From Octopus bimaculoides (lineage: Eukaryota): a DNA stretch of 64,000 nucleotides. Position 1 is the stretch's first letter. Each line of letters opens with the position of its first letter. Positions 1 through 13,590 of this stretch are shown here, piece by piece. The notes beneath the pieces are model-generated. The model searched no databases. It saw nothing but the letters and a program-made list of their open reading frames with translations, and was not told the DNA's origin. Both the position numbers and the translations under genes were made by a program. Location: NCBI RefSeq assembly GCF_001194135.2, contig NC_068992.1, forward strand, positions 6,637,517-6,701,516, given 5' to 3'.

Positions 1-659
1 ATATATTGCAACGAATTTTCTTATTGTTTAACTCCTTAGTGATTTCGCTGCAATAACAACGAGTACTTGAAATAAACAGTTGGAATTATTTCATATAAAG
101 TACAAAAGAATCTTTATTCAAAATAAGAAACATTATGATGAAAGTCGTTTCTATGAAGTTCTTCACACGAAAACATATTTACTTTTTAATAGACTCTGAG
201 AAAATAGCGAAATCTGTATGAGTGGTTTTATGAATAGAGCTGGAAAGAAATTTACACAAATAGTTGAGAATATTATTTTTCGTCAGTGAAAAGAATGACT
301 GGAAACATTCACTTATTTTTATTACTTTTTATTAAAGAGGAAGGTATTAATGTTTTATTATATTTAGTTAGAAACCTCACAGGTCTGCGTTCAAATCCCA
401 CAAGAGAAAAAGAACTGTTTTACATCATATTTAAGAAACGATATTACATATAAGTAGGGTACTGTTTGGACCGATAATATCGACTGTATTTCTTTTGTAC
501 ACCAGTCTTGCGACTAAAGTGAAATCTTAATTGATCTCAGTTTGATGATTTAGTGGTAATGTATTGTTAATTTAAGTGATTACACAATATACATTACAGT
601 TTTACATTACAGAAGGAATTATATTCAGCTGTGTAATACACTCTTTGGAAACCTCGAAA

Positions 660-1600
660 CATCGAGATTGAAAACTATAAGAGTGATGAATGGCGCAGTT
701 ATGATCCAGACATCGCCGACAAGTTACTCTAATTCCTTTGCAGAGTATCAACAGATCAAAGATAATCTATAATTTTCTCAAATTGTTGAGTCTTGCAGTG
801 CCACCCCGAGTCACTTGCAAGTTTAATCAGATGATCATGTCCCTAGAAGCATGGATATTGACGAAAGTACAACCACGTGAATGTGTGTACATCGGTCGAT
901 TAAATTTAGATCCATATCGAATCATTGCAACAATCACGTATATCGTATCGATTGAAGAGTTGATGCAGTCCAAGTGGTACCATTTCTTGCTATTAATTTG
1001 TTTTATTAAAGCAAGTTTATACCTGTTATGAACCTAAATCAATGAAAAATGTCCACTGGCCCTTTTGTAAAGCAGTTACAATATAATACAGTCTTTATAG
1101 CGATAGATTTTATGCTTATCAGCCGATTATACGTAGTGAATTATGAGTGACACGCGAACATTTTACCGAGATATTTGCGAGAAGATAGTGGTTGACTAGA
1201 TTTCAAAATGTAGAACTTTGGTAAGACTTCCACTTAAGAAGCCGAGAAACTACTGCCGAGAAACTACTGCCGAGAAACTACTGCCGAGTACCTATATATT
1301 GGTACAAGGGGCCATATACTTGGTCATCCGGTTTGCTAGATATAGCAACTAAATCTCCATCAAATTGCACTATATCAACTTAGCAAAGAAGAATAAGTCA
1401 AATAACGCAGTCACAATCTTCCTGTCTAGGATACAGACAACACGATCTGAGTTGAAATACCCTTTAACTTTTTTCCTAAATCATATAAATCATATGAGTT
1501 CGTGTGATTTGATGTCATGAAGCTGGGGGTCATAGTATATTGGTATAAAGAAAGGCTTTATTAGTTTCATTTATAATTAAACAAATAGAACTTCTTTTCT
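660..1600 (+). mobile_element. Decayed piggyBac-superfamily (PGBD-like) transposase relic with multiple stops and frameshifts
   Basis: Manual translation across frames gives motifs in the correct order: ENYKSDEWRSYDPDIADK (~YWSTDE..I..M), YQQIKDNL*FS (~F..I...LHF), VPRSMDIDES at 857-868, GRL-KFR, *CSPSG, LYSDRFY (D at 1102), VEIP..KSY/NHMSSCDLM (D at 1506; ~YN.HMGGVD) and WYKERLY*FHL (~KWY.RLFFH). D1-D2 spacing is ~80 codons, as in piggyBac DDD transposases. Tentative degenerate ends: TTAActcctta at 28 and taagcgTTAA at 2004. Confidence 0.7.
1241..1288. repeat. Perfect 14 bp tandem repeat (GCCGAGAAACTACT x3.4) inside the piggyBac relic
   Basis: Read directly: units at 1241, 1255, 1269 plus a partial unit at 1283. 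Confidence 0.95.
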
Positions 1601-2683
1601 TGCAACGATGTACTTTGACCCATAAGTCTCTATGATGAGCCTATTAATTGCTACGTAAAGATATTCGGTTGGAAGACATCAGAATAGGGGTGATATGACT
1701 GACTTCAACATTGTAAACATTCAGATATTTTGAAATATTAACATCAGGCTTCTGGACATTAAATTGATGTGATAATTAATTTCAGTTCAACATTTTTTAA
1801 GTTTAAAGAAATTTGTCACTATTTTCATAAAATGAGTAATTTATGGTTTTTACTTCCTCTCTGTTAAAACTGTTTCTACGTTTCTTACAATTGGTGTTAT
1901 CAATAAAATACTATACCAGAGAAAATCCTATTCAATTCTTTTCAATCATATATAAAAAGAGAATATTTAATGTGAACTTGGTACTCGAACTCTGTAAGCG
2001 TTAATAGCTAAAGGGAAACAAAATAAACTCTGTCTTGATTGTTTCTATCCTCAGTACATTTTTTAATTTAGATTTTTGTTACTCTCATATATTCAATACA
2101 ATTATCAACTTCCAGTACTGAACAATTATAATCACCAAATTGAAAGTCATTTGCTCCTACAAAACCATCGCAGTGTGCTACACTGTACCACAAACTAAAC
2201 ACCATTAACTCCAATTAACTGAAAGAAAAAAACAAATGTATTTTATTTTCGAGGAGGGGAATTTGCAGTTAAACTGGAGTTCAGAGAGAGTTACCTGTTT
2301 ACTTAAATTGTTCACTACTGTCTTGTTAGTCCCTTTCACTTCCGAGTTCATCTATACCCTGGGATTTCAATGAAAGTAGTTCTTTATCGTTAATTGCTCG
2401 CAGATATCTTACTTGAGCCGACCAAATAGAACGTGATTTGAGGGAGATTTGACCACTGGTCAGTTGCTGACCTCTACACGTTATGGCTTCAGGCATAGTA
2501 GTTTTGGTTGTCTTTAGATCAACAAATACCGTCAGTCTTTTGAAATCTTATATCACATCAGTCACAGTATCTCTTTAGAGATGAGGTAAGGACGTAGAAA
2601 TATTTGATGGTGGACTATAGAATTAAAAATAGCTGAAATCTGAAACCCATGTCATTTACAGCAGTGAAATTTTAAAATATCAT

Positions 2684-2835
2684 CTCTCTCTCTCTCTCTC
2701 TCTCCCCCCTATCTCTCTCTCCCTCTCCCCCCCTCTCTCTCTCGTTCTTTCTCTGTCTATCTATCTCTGTCTATCTCTGTCTATCTATCTATCTATCTAT
2801 CTATCCATTTAGCTACCTACCTAGCTAGCTATCAG
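2684..2835. repeat. Compound (CT)n/(CTAT)n/(CTAG)n microsatellite
   Basis: Read directly. Confidence 0.95.
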
Positions 2836-3575
2836 TTTGTCTGCCCATCCATTTATATATGTGTGCGCACGCGTGCGTATGTGGCTGGCTGTACTTGTGA
2901 CTTCTGTCTGGAATGGCAGAATGCGGGTTAGCGTAGGTTTTCTATTTAATTATAAATGTATTTAAGGACAAGCCTATTTACTTTGCCTTCTTAATTTATA
3001 TATCTTTGTGTATACCGATTGTCTACATATGTATCCCTTCTTTGAATGACGTATTTGTGTGTACATGTGTTCTAAATTCATTATTTAATAGAAAATAGGT
3101 TGTACACAAAATTTCTGTATGAAACAAAACCAACAATATCGCAATAACAAGATTTAAGAAAAGGAATAACCTGTCATACCTTTAATTGACATTTTTTTTT
3201 CTTATACAGTACTATGGCTTGTTTGCAATACGCTTCTTACTCTATTTTCCTTCGTTGGTGTTCATTGTATTTCTTTGCCAAATAAAGCATTCCTTTTACA
3301 TTTAACAACTATACATACATTCTGACAGAAATAAAACATTTACACTCATTCACAGACATTCATACAACCATTCCCACCCTTACACTCGTACGCAGACATA
3401 CAGGCATACGTACGTTTAAACGCCATTATTTATAGTTCTGTAAATTGAAATGGCGCCTATATATTTTCAGTCTCATCACCACGAGGGTGGACTAAAGTAA
3501 CGCCTGGTCATTAGTCAGCATCAAATAAGAACGTAGCTAATAGAAACGTTGACTAGAATGCAATGAGTATTTACT

Positions 3576-3683
3576 GTATATGTATATGAGTGTGTAAGTG
3601 CGCGTGTGTGTGTGTGCGCGCTTGTGCGTGTGAGTGTGTGATTTCTATCCAAATATAAGTATATATACACACATATGTGTACA

Positions 3684-3722
<39 letters not shown>

Positions 3723-3732
3723 NNNNNNNNNN

Positions 3733-3784
<52 letters not shown>

Positions 3785-3886
3785 TTATGTGTATATTTTC
3801 TCTGTCTATATATATATGTGCATACCATGTGTAGCACTCACATTACATGGATGCGCGCATACAGACTCACGCAGATACGTAATGCG

Positions 3887-3920
<34 letters not shown>

Positions 3921-4060
3921 GACATATATATATATGGACATATAATTTTATCTATATAGATAGATAGATAGATAGATAGATAGATGGTAGACATATATAT
4001 ATATATAGACACACACATACATATATACGCGCGCACACAAATGCACATATATATATATAA
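3576..4060. repeat. Compound (TA)n/(TG)n/(TACA)n/(GATA)n microsatellite block containing a 10 N gap (3723-3732)
   Basis: Read directly; explains the HT/VC/YI ORFs 3571-4140. Confidence 0.95.
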
Positions 4061-7046
4061 TCACTAATTATAGAGGTTTGCGTACTTAAATATGCTAAAC
4101 ATGCACTGAATAAAGGACACAATGCTAATTGTAGAATCAAAACAATATTATCTATTGTGAATGTTTACTACAAGGTTTCACTTATATTGGCTTCTGAAAA
4201 TAGTTAGCAAGATAGCTAGCTAACCAGGTAGCTAATTAGCTAACGAGCTAGATTGGCTCACAGACTGAAATAGAATTATATATATATGAAGTAAAAGACA
4301 TGCAGACAATTATAAAGATGTCTATATGTGGATTTTTATTCCATAAGGAACTCATTCAATATGTAATTTATGTAATTATGCGTAAACCTAGGAACAGCAA
4401 ATCACATGTTTCGTCATGAATATATGATACAATATGCTTTTATATAGGATTCTAACATAGGCGAGAATCGCTCAATATCTGAGAGAAAATTTGATCAGTA
4501 AAATGAAAGAACACTCGACCTCGGCGGTAGGATTAGAAACCAGAATATAAATGGATGTAACGAAATAATGTACAGCCTAACTGACTGCCAGTCTGCTGAC
4601 ACTGGCAATCCACACACATACACACACACACACACACTCACACATAGCCTTAGGGACACTGGGTATCTTTAGTGGACTCTACAAGCATTTGATCTGAGAA
4701 TATCGACATCTTCCTTCAACCAATCGCAAGCTAGATGGTTCAGCGAAAAGTATATAACTGTTTCAGATATGACCAAATAACATCAAATATCTTTCACTAT
4801 ATGTCGTGTTAGAATAACATCAATATTTCATTAAGTGACAAATGGAAGAAAATACACCCAGGGTGTTTATGCTATGTTTCGACACTGTAAGGCGGTGACT
4901 TTGCAGAATGGTTGGCACGATAAACTGCCTCGCAGCATCTTTTCCGGTTATATACAATCTGATTTCAAATCCCGCCGACTTCAAATCTACTGTCCGACTG
5001 ACGTGAATGTTGCTTTGACATTACTCAATGATCCACGCAGTGGGATCGAACTCAAAAGTTGCTACGTTAATTTCTCAACCCCATATCCAATGCCTACATC
5101 AGATTGTTAATTATGGATACCAATGATTTAATCTCTATAGATATGATGTAGCTCAAGATAAGAGTATTATGGGTATTTGTCACAGTATAGTTTAGCATTA
5201 GCTAGAGAAACTTTGACATTCAAGAGTAACTACAATCTATAGCAATATTAGAAACCTTCCGCAGTCGATCGATCCGAACTAGTAGAAATAGTAGGTAAAT
5301 CTCCTTAAAATCATTCTGTATCTTAAGTAAAGAAAGAGTAGATTGAAAATATAGTCCTAAACACATTGTCTGAGTAAAATATGAGATGGAGATAGGTAGA
5401 ACAATTTTCATCACAAGTGTATTGGATTACGTCTGATGTGAGTCCAAACAACGAGGGTAACTCACTGAGACCCATGAAATCTGTCTTTTATAGTGACATT
5501 TATTTGTTATACATTTTACACAAATAACGTGATTAGACTTTAAACTATGAAAGAGAATTTCATATAGCATTAGAAAAATGTTTCTATACAGAAATATATT
5601 CAATAGATTATAGTTTGTTTATTTGTTAACCTACCAACACAAATTATATAAATAAAATCAAAAACATACAAGAGAATAAAGCGTTGTCATTCAACTTCGC
5701 AATTAACGAAAAGAAAAGTTCAATTTTTACTGGTAATAAAAAAAAATCCGCTGTTTTAGTAAAGTGTAATTTGAGTATAGTTTAATTTATTTCTGGTGGA
5801 AGATAATTGAAAGGAGAGAGAAAGAACAGAATTTGTTTTTATTAATATTCACGAGAGTCCATATGTAGAAGGCGAAACTGGTTTTTAGAGTTTACATATA
5901 CGTCATAAACAGATAGAAGAGCAAAGAACATAATACAAAATATAAAACAAAATAAATACGAATACAAAGGAAGAAAATATTTCATGAATTGATGGAACCA
6001 ATATGTCCCAACAATTCGAACAACTTTACACTCCAACTTTCTGTGAACTGTTTTCTTCATAATTGCCCGTGAGGATTTTCTTATTAGGAAAAACTTGAAG
6101 AACTTAACAATCTCAGGGAGTTGATTTGTAATCTAGGATTGGCTGGTATTCGTCTCCCATCTCTGCTTCCTCTATTTGACATTTCTCCTCTCAGAATCAG
6201 TTTAAACTTATGTTGACTGTAGTACTCTCTTCGGGGTCCCTCCAGGAGTGTGTGTGTCTTTTTGTAAAGAATTTCCAGCTTGTTTGCTTTTGACTTGGCT
6301 CATTTATTCCTTCCTCTTTCTTATTGTCTTCGACTGATTTCACCCAGCTTCTATGTTCTCATCATCCTCCAAAAACGTTTATCTTGCGCAGCTGATGGTA
6401 GCCTGTAGTTATTGATGTGCTGGAGGAGGAAGCCATTCCGATTATCAGCGGTTGTAGAAAACGGTGAAAGTGTAGATCAAGCGATTTCATTTACGCCTCG
6501 ACTGAACATCCGATAGAAATCAGAGATAAATGCAATCATGGTCTTTACCTCTTGAGCTTGATATTCTTAGTACTTTCACAGCTTCCGCTGCTGTCTGCCA
6601 CCTTCTTATATACGCTGTCTCTCTTCTGAGAACAAGGCCTTCAAGTAGTTTTAACTTCCACACATGTCGAAACTGAACCTTCTACACAGCATTACCAATG
6701 AAATGGACTTCTCCGTTCAGTGAATTACATCTCTGGAGTAGCATTATAGACGTAGTGCTCACCAAACCTGAAGATCCAACTACACACACTCCATCACATG
6801 GTGTTGGGTGTACCTCTGTGTCTGTCACATGTCTAACTGTTGCGCAAAGGTGATGACAAGCCAAATTCCGAAGCCCTTCATACTTCTGACTATGATTCTT
6901 ATATTCCTGAAGTGCTTTATTTTATCAACTCCGCCAAGAGGAATGTCAATGTTGACCACGCTGAGATTTGAAATCAGAATATAAAGAGCCGGAAGAAATG
7001 CTCTTAGTCGCTTTTTTTTTTAATGCGCTTACGATTTTGCCAACTT

Positions 7047-7268
7047 AATGATAATAATAATAATGGTTACATTTTTTTTTTTCACAAGGGCAGCAATTTG
7101 GGAGGAAGGGATGAGTCGATTACATCGACCCCACTGTTCATCTGGTACTTATTTTATCGACCCCGAAAGGATGAAAAGCAGGCGGAATTTGAGCTCAGAA
7201 TATGAAGTCGGACGTAATGCAGCTAAGCATTTTGTCCGGTGTGCTAACAATTTGCCAAATCGCCGACT
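7047..7268 (-). mobile_element. SINE family A copy (tRNA-like head GGCGG.GAGCTGGCAGAA, core GTTCAAATTCCGCC..GGGGTCGATAAAATAAGTACCAG) with (TTA)n tail
   Basis: The reverse complement aligns by eye with the copies at 13359-13590 and 37357-37578. A further partial copy lies at ~6925-7020. Confidence 0.85.
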
Positions 7269-7299
7269 AAATATTATTATCATTATTAATAATAATGAT

Positions 7300-7311
7300 A
7301 ACATTAAAACT

Positions 7312-7360
<49 letters not shown>

Positions 7361-7378
7361 GTAATAATAATAATAATG
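7300..7378. repeat. (AAT)n microsatellite
   Basis: Read directly; gives the poly-N run in ORF 7048-7443. Confidence 0.95.
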
Positions 7379-7869
7379 AAAAAAAGGAAGAGGTAGAAAA
7401 AGATGGTAAAGAAATCAGTCTTCATAAAATGAAATTTCGATAGTTACTGTGTTGCAATAAACGATGAGACAATAAAATGCAATGAATAGAATAAGCTGTT
7501 AACATTACTTTCTTGAATTTCATTTACACGTATACATTCTATACATTTCAGTAAAGCCTATTGTATGTAGAAAACAATCACTTTTAATACTATTATATTA
7601 CTATTATATGAAACAGGTTTGTTCATATCCGTTTCTATATTCCGGATTCGGTTAAGTTTTAGATATACTACAGCAGACTTACATTTTTTTTTTACCTTCT
7701 TAATATTATAAATGTTAGGAGTGTATTTAGTCGAGTATAAGCAAAAAGAAAACAAAACAAAACAAAAAGAGAATGTGATGTTATTCTTTCTCATAACCAA
7801 TAAATGATTAGAAAAAAAGACTGCAAAGGAAGGCAATGAAGCCAAAATAGTCGTATAAGTGAAGTCCAT

Positions 7870-8140
7870 TGTTTCAGGTAACTCGTGATGGTCTCTGTGC
7901 TGGCAACAATAAATCAGTGAGAAACATTCCTAGAAGTGTTCGATGAGTTAACTCGCCGTGGGAATTGAAGAAAATAATGTAAAGGGTTCTTCCTTTCGTC
8001 TCTGAAAGAGAGAAAGCAAGATAAATTTGAGTCGCTTCCGGAGGTGGAGAACAAATTAAACCAATTCAAAATCATAGTATAGTGGATAGAACCACGTTTA
8101 AAGCTTAATTTATATAAAACCACGTTTCATGGTGAGGTTT
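7870..8140 (-). mobile_element. Possible highly eroded Tc1/mariner transposase fragment
   Basis: Minus-strand pieces in order: (H)ETWFY (~GDETWVY), TWFYPLYYDFE (~W.HYYDPE), CSPPPE (~SPPPKK), TKGRTLYIIFFNSHG (~S.GKVML.VFFDS.G), GMFLTDLLLPAQ/TIT (~GV.L.DFLP.GQTI). Needs frameshifts; by eye only. Confidence 0.35.
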
Positions 8141-8270
8141 GTGGAAGTTAAGTGGATATCGCATTAAATATATCAAACGATGATTCATCTGTATCGTAAT
8201 GCTGCAATTTTCGTAGTTCTATGGATATTAGTTTGTCGAAATAAACATAATTCCAGCAGCAACGTTATAT

Positions 8271-8301
<31 letters not shown>

Positions 8302-9219
8302 TACACATGCCTACAAACACGCACACACACACATACATAAGCACATGAACTCTCACACACACATCATTAACATATTACACAAGAATGTTGTCGCATAAAC
8401 ATATATGAAATATTTGAATAGTAATGGATACTTCGACATTACAGCTTGTATTTAAAATTTCATTCTTCGTTCAATTTAGTGGTGTTGACATCTTCAAGCA
8501 CTTTGCTAAACAGTCTTACTATCGAAGCCATAAATAGTACACATTGTCAGCGGCAGTGCCATGGCTATTTTGGGGTGTGGAAAGGAGCCACGATCTGAAA
8601 TGTTGCCATAGAGTGAATTCTGCTAGAGACCTCCAAAGTTCAGGCGGTCGAACTAAACTGGGTGACGGATTAAACTCTACTTAAGATTTGCTTGAAAATT
8701 GTTTGAACTGGATAGCTAGGGATATAGCAACAAACTCTGTCTGTTTTTTTTTAATCCTCTCTGGTTTATCTCGATACTTCTCATGTAATTATGAACTTCT
8801 TGCTGGTAGTAAACTATTTTTCTAGTAATTGTTTTTTTTAATATCTTTAACTTTAAAATTTACTGGATTACGTAAACAACCAGAAATGTAGATTTAAGAA
8901 ACGTGTTCGTAACCAAGAAATAATCCAGATCTGTGACAAGTCACTCCATCCGTGATCATCCTGTCTTTTCCTTCGGGATATCATACACCGGACTATTTTA
9001 TATAATGTATTCTTTATTTCTGGAGGGAAAGTATGGTTTGAAGGAAATTCGTCTTCTGCTTCTATCAATCTGAACAAAAACATGGAATTATCTTCGTTGG
9101 ATTCTGTTTGATAGTGTTGAGCTTTTATGAATTTCAAACTGTGTATCTTAAAACAATCAAGAGATTTTCTAAATACTGATTTGCAAGCCATTATTGCAGT
9201 TGAAAAATTCCAGTTCTCA

Positions 9220-9375
9220 CTCTACCAAATATGTATTGCAAGGAAATAATATCTCACCATCATTATTCCACCTGACATAGTTTTTCAACAATGAAAGCGA
9301 GCAGTTCGACTTAGAATATTCCAAGACGTTCCTGTTCCCACGCACAATCTTCGAGTGGATTAGAGTTAAGATGTA
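9220..9375 (+). mobile_element. Possible C-terminal ORF2 remnant of a CR1/L2/Jockey-group LINE
   Basis: Frame reads EQFDLEYSKTFLFPRTIFEWIR, resembling the C-terminal motif Y..SFFPRTI..WN of these LINEs. Single short motif. Confidence 0.3.
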
Positions 9376-11499
9376 TACAATTGCTAGACGTGCTAAAAAC
9401 TGCTGCAGAATCTCTTCTCCCATTAAGAATTGACCTTCTAGAGAACAACAGCAAATTCAGCTGAAGAAAAACAACAATATGGACAGATAACAAGTTCCAA
9501 AGGATTGCAATACTGAATAGTGAAGACTTTTCAGATGTTTTATACAGAGGTGAGCGAGTACGACGCAATTAAGACTATTGCATCTTCCACGCCAACCTTC
9601 TTATCTAGAAAAAATGCTTAAAATTAGGAGGAAAAATATACCACATTAAAGCTATAAAACGTCTTAAACTGTTATATATAATACAATATAAAATAATGTA
9701 ATATAAAATAATATCATATATTATAGAAAATAATATAATATTGTATATAATATTGTATATATATTATAGAAAATAATATAATATTGTATAGTATGTAATC
9801 AAATATAATCCACGAAGTTAGGTTACGGTAACGACTATTTTTCAATGAGAAATTTGTTGCTGTATCTTTGTAAAAAAATAAATGTATATAAAAATACAAT
9901 GAGAAAGAGAAATCTATTTTAGTGTTGTTTTCTATAGAATAGCACTATTCCTCATTCAGTTATTAAAACCAGAAGTCGGTAAACATTTTTGGCGGTAGCT
10001 TACATGTTGGAATTGTTTTTCTATTTTGTGAACCAAGGCGAATAAAAATTGAAATTATAGTCCATGGTTTATAAAAAATGTTGTGGGGAATGCTTTATGC
10101 ATATCTTCGTATATTGAAGTCAAATGTTGTGATCATGTATTGTGGAAAATAGTGTTATTTACTTACGTGACTTTACGGAATACCATTTGACAATTTTGTT
10201 TATCAATTTAGCTTAAACGTGTTTTGCTATTTAAGACAAGTGAAAATGTGAGTAGAAAAAAGAAAAGAAAAAAACCTTCAACTCAGTTACGTGCTGCTTC
10301 CGATAAAATTATGATAGAAATAATAAGAATGAACAGCCGTTGAAACTGGCGAGTACGAGTGAAGTTAGAGAATGTATTTACTTAGCTTTTACATTTATAG
10401 TTAAAATGGTTGCCAGAATACAAGTCTGTTAGTGGACGTTATGAAATCGATGAAAAAATAGCACAACACCTACTGAAATGAAGAAATCACAACACTTTTT
10501 AATGATGTGAAAATTGTTATGCAACATGTACGACACGGCATGCAGTAAAGGGCTTGAAGCATTTTATCTTGGGTGAATGGGAACAAACACGGCTTTCGGA
10601 TAACTTTGGTAAAAACTAATTTACCTACTTTTCTCAGTGGACAAGTAAACAGTTTTTTGGGGGGGTTTTTTGCATTCTCTCGTTTTAAGAATTGATGACT
10701 CATGTAAATTACGTTGCGGCAGCATATTGTTCGCTGCTAGTTTCTGTAGTTCCATTTTCTTCAAGAATGTGGAAACATTTACTATTCAAAAGTTAGCCTA
10801 AGGAGAAACTGTAATGTTTCATCAAAGGCAGACAGGCAGGAAGACAGACAGTCAGACAGACAGATAGGCAGATAGATAGATTCAGATGAATATGGTACTT
10901 AAGTTGAGGCACCAGAATTTAGTACGGTATTATCCATACAATTTCAAAATAAGGTGATTAGAATCAAAATAAGCAACAAGGATAATGGGTTTGAGGGTAT
11001 TACATCTGCAATCAGAAAAGATCTTCTTGAGCGGATGTAAAGAAGCATAACGCTTCCTTGAGAAAAAATAAATAAAAAGAAAAGGCTCACTGTACAGATC
11101 AAAAGAAACATCAGATAACATCGATTTTATACTTAAACCTTAACACAAACTCATAAAAACAAGTGGTCCACATCCGAAGCGTCAATATGAGAATATCGTA
11201 AGAGGTTCTGTACATATGTTCTGTGATTTAGTATTGAATAAAGGACAAATGCTCATGTTCACTATCTCTCCGTCCATTGAATACATATGAGGTGTACATA
11301 GTAGCGAATTCGTGTGCACGTATAAGTACAAAGAAAAACGATATGCAGGCAAGGGGTTTCCTTTTCTAATTACGATTCGTGTTTCACAACTTATCACTGT
11401 GTGTATTTAAACGTGATCTGTATGTGGGCTCGTATGTAACGTATGCGTATAAGCACACATAGATATTAGTATGCATGTATATGCTAGTGTATGTGTATA

Positions 11500-11505
11500 T
11501 ATATA

Positions 11506-11565
<60 letters not shown>

Positions 11566-11573
11566 CGCACATG

Positions 11574-11605
<32 letters not shown>

Positions 11606-11825
11606 GACAGACCCAGATTTGAACGAGTTTTTGTATGTTGTACACATACACACAGACACATACAACAATGACTCACATACGTTCATACACACACACATAG
11701 ACACACATATGTATATATATATACATGCAGACGTAACCGCCATAGATGCATGTCTATTGATCGAGTTTATATTTTTTTACATTTGTTTACTTTCGTGTGT
11801 GTGTGTGTGTGTGTGCGTGCGTGCG
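11500..11825. repeat. Compound (TG)n/(GATA)n/(CA)n microsatellite block
   Basis: Read directly. Confidence 0.95.
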
Positions 11826-13358
11826 TATAGGCTTGTGACTGATATTTTCCTTTGATTACCTTGCGACGTATTCTGTCGTTTATTCGATAAACATTCTTTA
11901 TTTGGCAATAAAAATAAAAGGCAAGTACACGGTTTTCGATTTCTGTTTTACTGTTTCGACTAATTGTTCAGAATACACTTTTGTATATATTTATTTATGT
12001 ATATAAGTCGATTAGCGAGTATATTAGATTATTTAATTATCAGTGCCTGTTTACTTGTTCTTTTATTCAATTAAGAGCCTAATTAAACAATGTGGTCTCC
12101 TTACAAACATTTGGGAAAAGTTGATGTTTAGAAGGAATGAAATCTAGTAACCAGTTTGAGGTTGTATTTGCATAAAATAATCGAATGTTTCCATTAAAAC
12201 CATCATCCCCACCACTACGAACGCAACAGCGTAAAAATGAGAGAACGTCGACACATTTGCTTTACATGTTGAAATAGCAGCCAATCAACACTCAAATCAC
12301 ACACTATTTTCATGAATATAAGTGTGCATTAGATATACCTTTCCAAGATAATAGAGTATAAGATTGACATTATATTTTTTTTTTAAATAGGACAAGATGA
12401 TCACGGATGGAAGGCATTTGTTGATGGACCTGCTAGTTCATTGCCAATTCGAGTATAAACAGTATACAACAAACCAAGCGGGTCTTAATGTGAGCAACGA
12501 AATGGCTAGAAGTAGAACCAATCCACTCTCAAATCCTACTATAGTTCCATGAAAACAAAAGACAAAGCCTTGAAGTTTTTAAACATGGGCAAAGGACTGG
12601 CTAGAAATATCAGCCAATTTGCCCTCACCACATACAGCAGTCCTATGATAATAGAGAAAGTCTTGGAAGCAGGATGATCGTGGCTGAAAGGCCTACGTTT
12701 GATTAGGTCCAATAGATCAGATTTGACCTAGATTTAAACTGCATGCAATAACAATTTAATGAGATTGCTACAACATGTTTACTTGATCTGATAGAAATAC
12801 AAGCCTAATTTCTTTGAAATGAAATGTTACAGTTTTCTAAAAAGTGAAAGCGCCTTGTGTATACAAGATAATATAAATAACGATACATTATACTGTAAAC
12901 ACACACGTAACGATTACAGTAAGAGTTCATGGCAGCACAGGTAGGTTGAATGAGAGATGACTAGGGTCTATACAACAATAACGACTAATATATTTAAAGG
13001 TATCTTTTAATAATCATTAAAATTCTATTTGTATTTTGGAAACATTGCCAACTTTTTTCGAGAGGTGGACCACATGAGGCAACGCTCCTCATCAAGTACT
13101 CCACACTACGAAAAATATTCCAAGGTAATGTTTCGCTAAGTATTTCATTCAGGAAGTCAGGTGCGCTGCAGTTTGCTCATGAGTGAGTGCCACATACGTT
13201 TGTGAAGTAGTTTAAGTATCGTGGAATAATCAAAGGCTGTTGTTGAAATCTGCTTAATTCATGATCAAGAATATCTACTTTGAAATTCGTTCCAGCAGTG
13301 TTGGTTCCCTCAAAGAATAGTGCATTTGGATATATATTACCAGATGTGTCCTTCTTTA

Positions 13359-13590
13359 GGGCGGCGAGCTGGCAGAGTGGTTAGCACGCCGGGCGAACTG
13401 CTTATCGGTATTTCGTCTGCTGCTATGTTCTGGGTTCAAATCCCGCCGAGGTCGACTTTGCCTTTCATCCTTTCGGGGTCGATAAATTAAGTACCAGTTA
13501 CGCACTGGGGTCGATGTAATCGATTTAATCCCTTTGTCTGTCCTTGTTTGTCCCCTCTATGTTTAGCCCCTTGTGGGCAATAAAGAAATA
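13359..13590 (+). mobile_element. Full-length SINE family A copy with ~16 bp target-site duplication
   Basis: Head GGCGGCGAGCTGGCAGAGTGGTTAGC (A-box-like), GGTTCAAATCCC (B-box-like), 3' end CCCCTTGTGGGCAATAAAGAAATA. Flanked by AGATGTGTCCTTCTTTA (13342-13358) and AGATGTGTCCTCTTTA (13591-13606). Confidence 0.92.

Noticed and set aside
2519-2586. Possible exon INKYRQSFEILYHISHSISLEM ending in GAG|GTAAGG
   Set aside because: Short, adjacent to a repeat fragment, no homology recognised; compatible with chance.
7048-7443. 131 aa ORF with poly-N
   Set aside because: Antisense SINE read-through plus (AAT)n.
8868-9191. 107 aa minus-strand ORF (..RQDDHGWSDLSQ..)
   Set aside because: Contains the same family B fragment; no recognisable domain and no convincing donor site.
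12391-12489. Apparent 99 nt symmetric exon (poly-T AATAG|DKMITDGRHLL..GLN|GTGAGC)
   Set aside because: Its start, GACAAGATGATCACGGATGG, is a family B repeat fragment also seen at ~8940-8965 (minus) and ~12677, so the coding look is probably incidental.
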